Part shown: piece after piece, positions 1 through 10,147 of the stretch | Position numbering within the stretch: the first letter of the stretch is position 1 | Layout: the number at the start of each line of letters is the position of its first letter | NCBI RefSeq assembly: GCF_004010195.1 | Contig: NC_057718.1 | Location: forward strand, 78,891,081-78,911,080 | Direction: 5' to 3' | DNA length: 20,000 nucleotides | Origin: Chiloscyllium plagiosum | Lineage: Eukaryota | Translations under genes and position numbers: made by a program | The notes under the pieces: generated by a model | Database searches by the model: none | Told to the model about the DNA's origin: nothing | The model's input: the letters and a program-made list of their open reading frames with translations, nothing else

Positions 1-89
1 AAGCAATACTCCAATCCGTCCTTCATATTCAATAGAAAGAGTGGCAAACAATCAAACAATAACCTTCTTTAAGCCAGCTTCATAAGTAT

Positions 90-240
90 TTAGGAAAAAT
101 ACTTGGAAAATATACTCCAGTGGACTGGACCCTTCGAGATTACTGAAAAGCATCTCCCCCACTAGCTCCTGTTTTCTCAATTCACAAATGCCCAAAATTC
201 CAACAGAGAGCAAAGCAAATATATCAATTGCACTCTGAGC
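90..240 (+). mobile_element. Degenerate Gypsy-type integrase C-terminal (GPY/F) fragment
   Basis: 121-150 translates WTGPFEITEK, matching the W-x-GP(Y/F)-x-I/V motif of Gypsy integrase C-termini. Flanks are frameshifted and the boundaries are approximate. Confidence 0.45.
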
Positions 241-519
241 CTCTCCTTGAAGATCTACAACATTAACAACGATTACAGCTTGCTATCACTTGGTCAACAT
301 AGCAACAACTAGTCCATCAAGCCACATCACGCTTTGTGTCATAATATTTAGAGCAGTCAAATAGAAGGAAAATAAAGGAAGTCAATCTGTATCTGCTCCT
401 TGTGCCAAGTGTCTGTGGGTCAAGAACTGTCTTGTTCAGTGGCATGAAGATCCATGCTCGAAACATGCAACTCTGAGTTCATACAACCTCAAATCAAAAA
501 CAGTTAACCATGAAAATCT

Positions 520-798
520 TACCTTTCCCGCTTGCTTTTGACATGCTGATAGAAGCTCTTTGGGGTCCCTTCTAATTCTCACATTTTCTTTTCACAATTC
601 TTAACTTCTTCACCTCCTATTTCTCCTTATTTTATATGTCCTTATCCTTGTTCTTGAGTGAAGGAGTCACTCCGTGTGCATTAAACACCCAGTCATTTTG
701 TTTTGTTTACCACAATCTTTATATCTCTCTTCCCCCCCAGAAGTACTGACTTTGGTTTCCCTATCTTTCACCCTTGTTGGACTATACCTAATCTGTAC
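520..798 (-). mobile_element. Old CR1 LINE ORF2 fragment (linker between endonuclease and RT)
   Basis: Minus strand reads EVKKLRIVKRKCEN / PKSFYQHVKSKR, resembling the CR1 ORF2 NPKxFYxYxKSKR motif, and VQIRYSPTRVK near 790. Broken by stops and frameshifts. Confidence 0.6.
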
Positions 799-1790
799 AG
801 AGTCATAGAGTCATAGAGATGTACAGCACAGAAACAATCCCTTTGGTCCAACTGACCAGACATCCTAAATGAATGTAGTCCCATTTGCCAACATTTGGCC
901 GATATCCGTCTAAATCTTTCCTATTCATATACCCATCCAGATACCTTTTAAATGTTGTGATTGTACTAGCCTCCACCACATCTTCTGGCAGCTCATTCCA
1001 TACACGCATTTATTTGAAAAAATTGTCCCTTAACTCCCTTTTAAGTCTTTCCCCTCTCACCTTAAACCTATGCTCTCTCATTTTGGATTTCCCTATTCTG
1101 GAGAAAAGACCTTGGCTCTTCACCCTATCCATGCCTCTCATGATTTTATAAACTTCTGTAAGGTCACCCCTCAGCCTCCAACATTCCAGAGAAAATAGCC
1201 CCACCCTACTCAGGCTCTTCCTGTTGCTCAAATCCCCCAATCCTGGCAACATTCTTGTAAGTCTTTTCTGAACCCTTTCAAGTTTCACAACACTTTTCCT
1301 ATAGCAGATAGACCAGAATTGAATGCAGTATTCCAAAAGTAGCCAAACCAATACCCTGTACAGTAGCAATATGACCTCCCAAATCTCATACTCAATGCAC
1401 TGACCAATAAAGGCAAGCAGACCAAATGTTTTCTTCACCACCCTGTCTACCTGCAACTCCATTTTGAAGGAACTATGAACATGCACTCCAAGATCTCTTT
1501 GTTCGGCAACACTTCCCAGGACCTTTCCATTAACTATAACCTGTCCTGGTTTGCCCTACCAAAATACAACAGCTTACATTTATCTAAATTAAACTCCATC
1601 TGTTACTACTTGATGCATTTGCCTTTCTGATCAAGGTTCCATTGTACTTTGAATAATTTTATTCACTGTCCACTACACCACCAATCTTGGTGTCATCTGC
1701 AAATTTATTAACTGTACCTCCTATAGTCACAACCAGATCATTTATACAAATGACGAAAAGCAGTGGACTCAGCACTGATCCTTACAGCAC
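799..1790 (-). mobile_element. CR1 LINE, 5'-truncated (RT C-half to 3' tail)
   Basis: KFADD at ~1691-1707 (minus). ORFs 1010-1486 (LEYCIQFW, LERVQKRLTRMLPGL, RLRGDLTEVYKIM) and 803-1009 (RVWNELPEDVVEA). (ATGACTCT)2 3' tail at 799-814. Confidence 0.95.
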
Positions 1791-2147
1791 AATGGAGTTT
1801 AGAAGAATAAGAACTGACTTGGCTGAAACACATAAGATCCTGAGGTGTCTTGACAGGGTTGATGTGGGGAAGGTGTTTTCTCTTATGGGAGAATCTAGAA
1901 CTAGAGCTCACTGTTTAAAAATAGTTTGAGTCAGATTTTTTTTCTGTCAGAGGGTCATGAGTCTTTGAAACTCTCCTCCTGAAAAGGTAGTGGGATGCAT
2001 ATTTTTGAGGTAAAGGTAGATAGGTTCTTGTTAAGCAAGGAGTTTAAATGTTACCAAATGTTAAGCAACCATGAATTTATTGATTGGCAGATCAGACTCA
2101 AGGGACTCAATGACCCGACTTCTGTTTGTAATTTGTATGTTTGTATG
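1791..2147 (+). mobile_element. CR1 LINE 3' end (different subfamily)
   Basis: EFRRIRTDLAETHKILRCLDRVD...GESRTRAHCLKI, then a CR1-type 3' UTR ending in TTTGTATG repeats at ~2132-2147. Confidence 0.85.
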
Positions 2148-3118
2148 ATAGTTGTGCGACAAAATCCCCCAATCTCACCATATACTGCATCTATGCTATT
2201 TCCCTGCAGATTTGTTCCATTATTCTCTCATACTATTTGGATACCTTTGGAATGCCTCCAGTAGCTTGGATCTACCCTTTCTGCCACTTGACACTAGCCA
2301 AAAGGATTCTGTCAATGCATTCTCAAAGGCATCGCCAATTTGCACCACTATAACTTTGTTTAGTCTTCCCCAATAATATTGCCTCCCAACCTTCCTTTTT
2401 CCCTATCTTTTCTGATCATTTTGTTTTCTTGAATATTAAACAGCCAGTCCTCACCAATTTTCAACCACACTTTATGCCACCATGTCATATTCTCACATGG
2501 CTATTTCTACTCGTACCTTGCCATCTTAATAAGAGACTAATTCAGTTTTGTATCTTGCCACTAGATGTCAGCATGCATTTAGTAAAATTGAATGTTTTGG
2601 CTTATTTATAAATTTAGATATAACTTGCTTCGACTTATTTGTATCCAAGCTGACATCCTGAGCATTTGATATGAGAGTCTTCAGAAATCAATTGGCTTCT
2701 CTTAAAAAGACTATCTGTTTATTTCGATAAGTTGTAAATCACACACTAAAAAATTATGGAGCCAAGAAAAATATACTTTCTTCAAAATAAAGTATGAAGG
2801 AATAAAAACGTTATTCAATGATGCAACCAAAGTAATATACAATAGCAATCATTCAAATTACTAGTGTTTCAAGTGATAGTAATTTTTGACTGCAAATCAA
2901 CAATTGTTCTGGCAGCTTCAAAGAAAGGAGCTACTTAGGTAAACCCATTAATATGTTTTTTCTATTTTAGGAGGGAACATTTAGTCCCATTTCTAAATCT
3001 ACCTCTACCACATAATCTTCCCTGTGCCATAACAGCTAGAATCCTAGTACTATTTATAATGTACAACTAATCTCCTCAGCTTTCTCTGAAGTCTGACTGC
3101 TAAAAGGTTCATCAAAAA

Positions 3119-3478
3119 GGAGGCAAAACCTAGTGGTATTGTTGCTAGTTAGTCATCCAGGCTTGGTGAAATTTGAATTCAATAAAAACATGGAATCAAA
3201 AGCCTAATGATGACCCTGAAACTACTGTTGATTGTCAGAAAATCCAATCTGGTTCATTACTGTCGTTTAGGAAAGTAAACTGCTGCCCTTACCAAGGCTG
3301 GCTATCATGTGACACCAGAACCACTGCAATGTGGTTAATTCTTAACTGCCCTCTGAAATGGCTTAGCAAGCCATCCAGTTGTAGAAATTGCTACAAAATC
3401 TAAAAAAAAACTGGATTCAAATGGATTGCAGTGGTTCAATAAAGCAGCACACCACCAACTTCTCAAGAGCAACTAGGT
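3119..3478 (+). mobile_element. Shark tRNA-derived SINE, internally deleted head, LINE-derived tail
   Basis: A-box-like CCTAGTGGTA head. The body (GAATTCAATAAAAA...AATGTGGTTAATTCTTAACTGCCCTCTGAAATGG) matches an abundant shark repeat as I recall it. The tail (TGCAGTGGTTCAA...CACCACC...TCTCAAG.GCAA) matches the LINE 3' end at 6420-6460. Confidence 0.7.
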
Positions 3479-3532
3479 GACCCAGGCACTTGGTCCAACA
3501 AACTGCTTAAGCAAGTGTCTGGGCCTTACTTG

Positions 3533-3740
3533 ACTGACTTGGAAATATATTACCATTCCTTCAATTTTGCTGAGACAAAATCATGGAACTCCCTTCCTCT
3601 GGGTTTTGTTCCTAATCTCAAAACTGTGGCAGTTCAAGAAGGCAGCTCACTAATACTATTCTCAGAGCAACTAAGGATGTGTAATAAATGCTGTCTTGAC
3701 CAGTAATGTCCTAAATCCCATGTAACTAATAAAAACAAAA
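3533..3740 (+). mobile_element. 3' end of the same LINE family as 5575-6522
   Basis: Colinear with 6320-6520 (TGGAAATATATT.../TGGAATTATATT..., GGAACTCCC, CTCA.AGCAACTA.GGATG) and ends in an A-rich tail. Confidence 0.7.
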
Positions 3741-4141
3741 TTGAAACGTAACCATTCATAACTTATGGCATGCTTTACTCTGGATACGGTGCAGGAAGGA
3801 GTTAACAATCTCATGAGTTGTCAAAGTAAGTATATTTATATTCAAATAGCCTAAACTACCAGTTATGTTGCTCACATCATCCACTGCTCTGTTCTATACA
3901 CCAACATCATCCACTTAGCAACAAGTACTACCAAGAAGTCAATCTTGTCATTCACGTGCGATGTCTTTTTCACATTGTTGCAAGCCCTAGACCTGAAACT
4001 CATAGCTTATACAGAATGATTATTTTCAATGATGTCAACTATGTGACTCAAACATGTTGAAGGACATTCACTGATTCAGGGTTCCTTTTTCTTGTAGGAG
4101 AAAAGTTCTTTCACTGAGTGTAGGCTTTGTTGACAATGCCA

Positions 4142-5407
4142 TTAGACTTAGGTACAGAAAGAAGTCATTCAGCACATTGAGTCTGTTCTGCCATTCACTG
4201 ATATGATCATCCTTAACTCCACTTTCCTGTTATATGTCCATAAACATTAATCCTTATAAGATTAAAAATCTGAGTCAGCCTCGACATCCCTCTTTAGTAA
4301 AGAATTCCATACTTTGACCACCCTTTAAGACACAAAAACCTCCTCATCACTGTATTCATTGCTCTGAGATTATGTCCTCTGGTCCTAGACTCTCCCACAA
4401 GGGAATCAGTCTCTCTGCATCTATCCTGTGAAGCTTCCTATGAATCTTACATATTTCAATAAAGTCCCCTTTCATTCTTCTAAATTCCAATGAGTGCAAT
4501 CCCAAACTACTCAATCTCTTCTTATCAGAGAATCCCTCCATTCCTGATTAATCTTCTCTGAGGTGCCTCCAATTATAGTGGATATTTCCTTAGATAAGGG
4601 AACCAAGTCTTTTCATGGTATTTTAGATGTGTTCAGTGGGTTGACTAGTTCAGTTGGTTGGATGGCTGGTTTGTGATGTAAAGTGAAACCAACAGAGCAG
4701 GTACCACCCTGTACTAGCTGAGGTTACCATGATGGTCCCACCTTCTCAACCTTGCACCTTGCCTGGGGCATAGTGACCCTCAGGTTAAACCACCACTTGT
4801 TGTCTCTTCAACAGGAAAGTGGGACGACAGCAACTTTACCTTGACCTTGATGTGGTCCGACTAGTGCCTTGTACAGTTTTAGCAAAAACCTCATTATTTT
4901 TATACTCCATTGTTTTTGAAATAAATTCCACTTGCCATGCCTATTACTTGCTAAACTTGGTTGCTGCCTTTTTGTGATTAATGCACAAGAATCCTCAAGT
5001 TCCTCTGCTATTCAGCTATCTGCAATCTCTCTCCAAATAAACAATATTCAGCTCTTCTATTCTTCCTGCCAAAATCCACTAACCTCACATGTTTCCATAT
5101 TGTATTCCATTTAATAAGTTTTCATCCCCCCATAGACTCTTTGCGTCATCCTCACTACTTACTTCACCCTCTGACTTTTGTGTCATTTACAAACCTAACA
5201 ATAGTACATTTTTTCCCTCATCCAGGTCATTAATATGTATTGCAAATAATTGTGACTATAACACTGGTCCTTGTTGCAAGTGGTCATCCCCAAAATGTCT
5301 GCCTTTTATTAGTTAACCAATCCTCTATCCATGCTAATTTATTCATCTCAACATTGGGTGCTATTAATAAGCAGCCTTGTGTGTGATGCCTTATTGAATG
5401 CCTGTTG
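4142..5407 (-). mobile_element. CR1 LINE, 5'-truncated, interrupted by a SINE at 4635-4848
   Basis: ORF 4356-4541 (SLEFRRMKGDFIEICKI). Decayed FADD (FVNDT) at ~5180-5195 and decayed KAFDKVPH (QAFNKASH) near 5385-5405. CR1-type 3' UTR at 4142-4220. Confidence 0.85.
4635..4848 (+). mobile_element. tRNA-derived SINE with (ACCTT(T/G))n-type tail, nested in CR1
   Basis: A-box-like TAGTTCAGTTGG head and CTTTACCTTGACCTT tail. Flanked by a 9-bp TSD, GATGTGTTC (4626-4634) / GATGTGGTC (4849-4857). Removing it restores the CR1. Confidence 0.75.
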
Positions 5408-5560
5408 GATAGGTAGGTTCTTGGTTGCTAAGGGGATCAAGGGTTATGGAGAGAAGCTGGGAAAATGGGGTTGAGAAACATATGAACCATGATCAAATGG
5501 CAGAGCAGACTCAATGGGCCTAATGGCCTAATTCTACTCCTATATCTTATGGTTTTATAG
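5408..5560 (+). mobile_element. CR1 LINE extreme 3' end
   Basis: RFLVAKGIKGYGEK, then the 3' UTR GATGGGCC-like/GAATGGCCT hairpin region and a TCTTATGG tail. Confidence 0.85.
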
Positions 5561-5574
5561 TCTATACAGAGAGC

Positions 5575-6522
5575 AGAGGAGTTCCTCAGGTCTAGGCCCA
5601 ACCATCTTCAGCTCCTTCTCTCCATCGTAAGGTCAGAAGTGGGGATATTTGCTGATGCTTACACAATTTCTGCACCACCCACAATTTCTCAGATACAGAA
5701 ACAGTCAATGTCCAAATGCAGCAAGACCTGGACAACATCCTGGGTTGGGCTGACAAGTGACAGCAACATTCACATCACACAAGTGCCAGGCAATGACCAT
5801 CTGAAACAAAAGAAAATCTAACAATTGCTCAGTGACATTCAACTGCACCATCACTGGATCCCCAATTATCAACATCTTGGTGGTTACCATTCATCATAAA
5901 CAGAATGGACAGCTATAAAATTACTATGGCTACAACAGCAGGTCAGAAGCTAGGAATCTTGCAGTGAACAACTCATTTCTTGATTCCTCAAAGCTTGTCT
6001 ACAAGACACAAGTGGGGAGAGTGATAGAATGCTCTCTATTTGTCTGGCTAAGTGTTGCTCCCCAAATATTCAAGAAGCTTGAAATCATCCAGAACAAAGC
6101 AGCCTGTTTGATTGGCACCACATTCACAAACATCTATTCCCTTCACCACTGATACTCAGTAGCAGCTCTGTGTGCCATCTAAAAGATACCCTGCAAAAAT
6201 TCATCAAGATCCCTTCGACCACACCTTCCAAACTCATGGCCACTACCATCTAGAAAGATGCAGGCAACAGATACATGGGAACACCACCACTTGCAAATTC
6301 CCTTCCAAGCCACTCATTGTTCTGGTTTGGAATTATATTGCTGTGCCTTTAGCATTGTGTGCTCAAAGTCCTGAAACTTCCATCCTAACAGTATAATGGA
6401 TGTACCAACATAAAATAAACTGCAGTGGTTCACCACCATTGTCTCAAGGGCAATTCAGGATGGGGAATTATTGTTGGTCCAGCCAGTGACCCCAAAGCCC
6501 GTAAGTTAATGCTAAAAAAAAA
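5575..6522 (+). mobile_element. CR1/L2-group non-LTR retrotransposon, RT C-half to 3' tail
   Basis: GVPQ...LGPTIFS at ~5578-5612 and IFADA (decayed FADD) at ~5646-5660. ORF 5964-6152 reads YKTQVGRVIECS...KLEIIQNKAACLI. A-tail at 6514-6522. Exact clade not determined. Confidence 0.8.
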
Positions 6523-6630
6523 GTCTGTGAAAAGAGACAATACAAAGAAATTAGGATTGTTTTTTAAAGCAATATAAAACAAAATAGCAAAATGTTTGCA
6601 GTCAAGGAAGACTATGATGGGAATTAATCT

Positions 6631-6813
6631 TCGAGGAGAAAGTGAGGACTGCAGATGCTGGAGATCAGTGCTGAAAATGTGTTGCTGGAAAAGCAGTGGT
6701 GCTGAGTTCGAGGGATTTGACTGAGACAAGGTGGGGGGAGGGGAAATGAGGAAACTGTTCCTTGGATGCTGCCTGACCTGCTGCGCTTTTCCAGCAACAC
6801 ATTTTCAGCTCTG
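6631..6813. mobile_element. Rearranged Penelope-like element ends (inverted terminal-repeat arms)
   Basis: GACTGCAGATGCTGG end motif. 29-bp inverted arms at 6666-6694 and 6785-6813 (1 mismatch) enclose a reverse-strand piece reading SFLISPPPTLSQ, which I recall as the region at the end of the shark PLE ORF. Confidence 0.75.
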
Positions 6814-7002
6814 TGCATATCTGTCAGCCAGGGTTCCCTAATTGGACCAGATTAACAGCTCCAGTCAGGGAACACAGAACCTATGAAGAGCAAGAATAGA
6901 AATTGCTGGAAAAGCTCTGTAGATCTGGCAGCATCTGTGGAAAGAAGTCAGAGTTAACGTTCCTATAAGGTCCACCTGGCTGACCTTATTTCAATCATTA
7001 CA
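6814..7002 (-). mobile_element. Part of the 3' LTR of the Gypsy element at 7003-9003
   Basis: On the minus strand a polypurine tract GGAGTAGGGA (7003-7012) is immediately followed by TGTAATGATTG (LTR start at 7002). The other LTR end was not located. Confidence 0.6.
6889..6961 (-). mobile_element. Penelope-like terminal-repeat fragment inside the LTR
   Basis: Minus strand AACGTTAACTCTG...GATGCTGCCAGA...CTTTTCCAGCAATT is homologous to the other PLE ends. Imperfect flanking repeat CCTATGAAG (6880-6888) / CCTATAAGG (6962-6970). Confidence 0.65.
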
Positions 7003-7043
7003 TCCCTACTCCTCTGAATCCAAACACTTAGGCAGCACAATGC

Positions 7044-7225
7044 TGGATGATGAATCGTATGGAGCTGTCCTTATACGTCGGGTACCATTCAACTTCAGGA
7101 AATACTCAAATTCCTTGCTGGTAAATGATAGCCAGTTTTCTGTGACCAACACTTCTAGGAGTCTGTGCATTGCAAAAAATGTGTGCAGTTTTTTCTATCA
7201 TCGTCCACATTGACGAATGAACTCT
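7044..7225. repeat. Direct duplicate of 8578-8758 (integrase core)
   Basis: 182 bp versus 181 bp, with 5 substitutions and one 1-bp indel by manual alignment. Confidence 0.95.
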
Positions 7226-7654
7226 TTTTTTTGTAGCTCATCCTGGGTCAAGTTCCTGCAACTGTGCCTCTGATACGGATGGTGAAGAACACACACTGGC
7301 TTGCCTCATGTCCCTGGAGCATCTCAGAGGAAATGAATTGTCTTCTTCAGGTGGCAAAAGCATTGAGGTGACGACATCCATCATCTCCCTCTCAGATTCC
7401 TAGGTATCTTCAATGCTTAGTGGAAAAGGGAGAACCGAATGTGTTTCAGAACAGTTGGAAAGACTATTTTAATCTGCTTGGCACGTTGTGCTCCTGCGCC
7501 ATTTGCAAATTTGTAGCTTTCATGTTGTTCACATGCTAGTTCAGGACCATCACTCCGACTCAAAGTTATACATCACTGGAATTAACCTCTCATCAACCAT
7601 GCCTCTTCCCCATGCAGGACCATTGCCATGATTTCTACACCAAACTTTGTTCCT

Positions 7655-8304
7655 TGCAATGATGCTGCTCCTTTAACAAGGTTATGTTGTTCTTGTTTTT
7701 TTTCAAAAGGGGTTGTAAAAGGGGTTTTGATTTATCTGGGATAAGGCCACTTTGATTATGGCTAACAGATAATACCAAGGCAATAAGCAGGGAAAAAGAA
7801 CTTTTGGTTTTATTTTATAACAGTCATACAATGAAAGGGAATGGCTAGTTCTCCTAGTTCAGGAATTTTTCTAGCTTGGTTTAGTTTTAGCTGGGGACTC
7901 TGAGAAGCTGCTGGAGTGAGTAGAGGTTCCATGCTTCAGAAATGATCCCCAACTGATCCTCTCTGAGATCTCTCTCTCCTGTAAGAACCTGGGTTTGAAT
8001 TTACCTCTTTTTGCCAAGGGGTGTGTTTATGGGAATGGTGCAGGCAATTGAACCAGCATCATTAAGTTATGATAGAGTCGGTTGTGTTTTCAGATAGATT
8101 AAGTTATTCTATATTCTGTTCTCTTTTGTTGGTGTTTCATTTGTTAGTTTGTAAATAAACTCTGTTTTGTTCAAAACTGAATGGTTTGACCAGCTACATC
8201 ACTCCTGGAATATCCACCTTACATCTTCCTAAAACAACTAGCAAAGTTAGGGTCTGGGCTACCTTCTTGAAATGTTTTGAGGGGATCTGGCCTGGCCCAT
8301 AACA
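7655..8304 (+). mobile_element. Solo LTR (~650 bp) inserted in the Gypsy integrase
   Basis: TGCAATG...CATAACA termini, AATAAA at ~8154, and 4-bp TSD-like TCCT (7651-7654) / CCCT (8305-8308). The host integrase (RQFISG|KVWCRN) resumes on both sides. Confidence 0.75.
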
Positions 8305-9188
8305 CCCTGAAATAAACTGTCTCTTTCATTTAGCGGAGTCTTGTGTCTGACATTGGCATTCCTAATGCCGTTTCTTCCCCTCCTTACAGGTCCAAGAAGA
8401 TCAGATTTAACCTGGTGTGGAATCTTCTCCCCATTACCAACTCTGCTGGAGCTATCCCTAAAGTTGCATGAATGGTGGTCCTCTAATCAAATAGAAACTG
8501 GGACAGTTTGGTATCTGGTAAAACTGTAGGCTGTTTCTTTGAGTCTGCTTTCAAAGTTAGGACTCCTGCCAGACCATTGGATGATGAATCGTATGGAGCT
8601 GTCCTTATACATCGGGTACCATTCAACTTCAGGAAATACTCAAATTCCTTGCCGGTAAATGATAGCCTGTTTTCTGTGACCAACACTTCTAGGAGTCTGT
8701 GCATTGCAAAAGATGCGTGCAGTTTTTCTATCATCGTCCACATTGACGAATGAACTCTATGCACATCCAACTGCTTTGAATGTGCATCCACAATGACTAA
8801 GAACATTGACCATGTGAAAGGATTGACATAATTGAAGTGTAACTGAACTCAGGGTTTACCCAACCAATTCCCACAAATGTGGGGGAGCTGCTGGTGGTAA
8901 TTTTTGTCCTTATTGGCACTCTGGGCCCTGCATCACCAACCCAGCTACTTCTGCATCCAATCCTGGCCACCAGACATAACCTCTCACTAACATCTTCATT
9001 TTTTGTTTTTATTAGAAAGTACAGTGAAATAGAAATTAGGAGAGGGAAGAGGGCATTGAGTTAAAAAATACTTGTGGTTAATATTAAGAAAGTCCAAACG
9101 CATTTATAAGTATCATGGTCACAAGAGATTAACCAGTAAAGTAGTAGGATCCATTAGTGACAATCTTTGTGTGCAGGCTGTCACAGGA

Positions 9189-9309
9189 TAGGTAAAAAAA
9201 AGGACTGCAGATGCTGGAAACTAGAGTCTAGATTAGAGTGGTGCTGGTAAAGCACAGCAGGTCAGGCAGCATCCGAGGAGCAGGAAAATCGACGTTTCGG
9301 GCAAAAGCC
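9189..9309 (-). mobile_element. Penelope-like terminal-repeat fragment with 15-bp TSD
   Basis: Perfect CAGGCTGTCACAGGA at 9174-9188 and 9310-9324. The minus strand begins GGGCTTTTGCCCGAAACGTC (3' half of the hammerhead motif). Near-identical to the left arm of 11021-11252. Confidence 0.85.
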
Positions 9310-10022
9310 CAGGCTGTCACAGGAGTCCATACTGCAGAAGTGGCAATGATTTTATGGAGCATATGATTACTGTCTGCTGTCAGTTTAGGAGCAATTTTCT
9401 TAAGATTGGGGCTGTTAACTATAAGTATAGACTGCTGCTGTTCATGTCAAGGCAGAACGCTTTATAGTAAGAGAACATCTCTAAATTAAGATACAAAGCT
9501 CGCAAAAACACATGCACACTGTCAATGTCAGCCTGCAACATATGGATCGTCGCTATCCTAGATCGATCAAGTGAATACTCTGTCCGCGTCTGTCTGATGA
9601 GAAAGAATTCTATGTAATCCCCTTTAACCTTAAACTCATGCCCTCTAGTGCGTGATTCCCCAACCCTGGGAAAAAGACTAAGTGCATTCACCCTATCCAT
9701 GCCTCTCATGATCTTATATACTTCTATAAGATCCCCCCTCAGTCTCCGACATTCTAAAGAAAAAAGTTCTAGCTTGTCCAACCTCTCTCTATAACTCAGA
9801 CCATTGATTCCAGACAACATCCTTGTTAATTGTTTTTGCACTCTTTCCAGTTTAATAACATCCTACCTTTAGCAAGGTGACCAAACCCAACACAATACTC
9901 CAAGTTCAGCCTTACCAACGTAAAATAACTGCAACATAACCTCTCAGCTTCTATACTCAATGCCCTGACTGCTGAGGGACGGTGTGCCAAAAGCCTTCTT
10001 CACTGCCCTGTCTACCTGTGAC

Positions 10023-10147
10023 ATCTCAGCCCGCTTGGCACACCAGCCTCATTCCTGAAGAAGGGCTGATGCCCGAAACGTCAATTCTCCTGCTCCTCGG
10101 ATGCTGCCTGGCCTGCTGCGCCTTTCCAGCACCACACTTTTCAACTC
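10023..10147 (+). mobile_element. Penelope-like terminal-repeat fragment carrying a hammerhead motif
   Basis: Homologous to 11152-11240 and interrupts the CR1 sequence CTACCTGTGAC|TCCACTTTC. Confidence 0.85.
10051..10086 (+). ncRNA. Minimal type I hammerhead ribozyme motif (PLE-associated)
   Basis: CTGAAGA (10055-61), A, stem II GGGC-TGAT-GCCC (10063-74), GAAAC (10075-79), GTC (10080-82). Loopless palindromic stem III (ACGT). Stem I is weak in this copy. Confidence 0.65.

Larger units (their letters stand above)
7003..9003 (-). mobile_element. Decayed Gypsy LTR retrotransposon: integrase zinc finger, core, C-terminus and PPT
   Basis: YVWWPGLDA...PECQ at ~8910-8980. ORF 8483-8806 reads FLVIVDAHSK...VTENRLSFTGKEF...TAPYDSSSNGLA. 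KVWCRNHGNGPAW at ~7610-7650. PPT at 7003-7012. Interrupted by a solo LTR and a duplicated segment. Confidence 0.9.

Noticed and set aside
515..530. Minus-strand donor-like AG|GTAAG
   Set aside because: The would-be exon is CR1 ORF2 sequence.
2141..2376. Overlapping ORFs following TTCCCTGCAG
   Set aside because: No recognisable protein motif or donor site. Probably chance ORFs in decayed repeat sequence.
3795..3831. Possible micro-exon ending at a strong donor (AA|GTAAGT at 3826)
   Set aside because: Weak upstream acceptor, only 31 bp, and no recognisable peptide or partner exon.
9590..9605. CTGATGAG as a hammerhead core or snoRNA C box
   Set aside because: No stem II/GAAA partner and no D box with terminal stem found.
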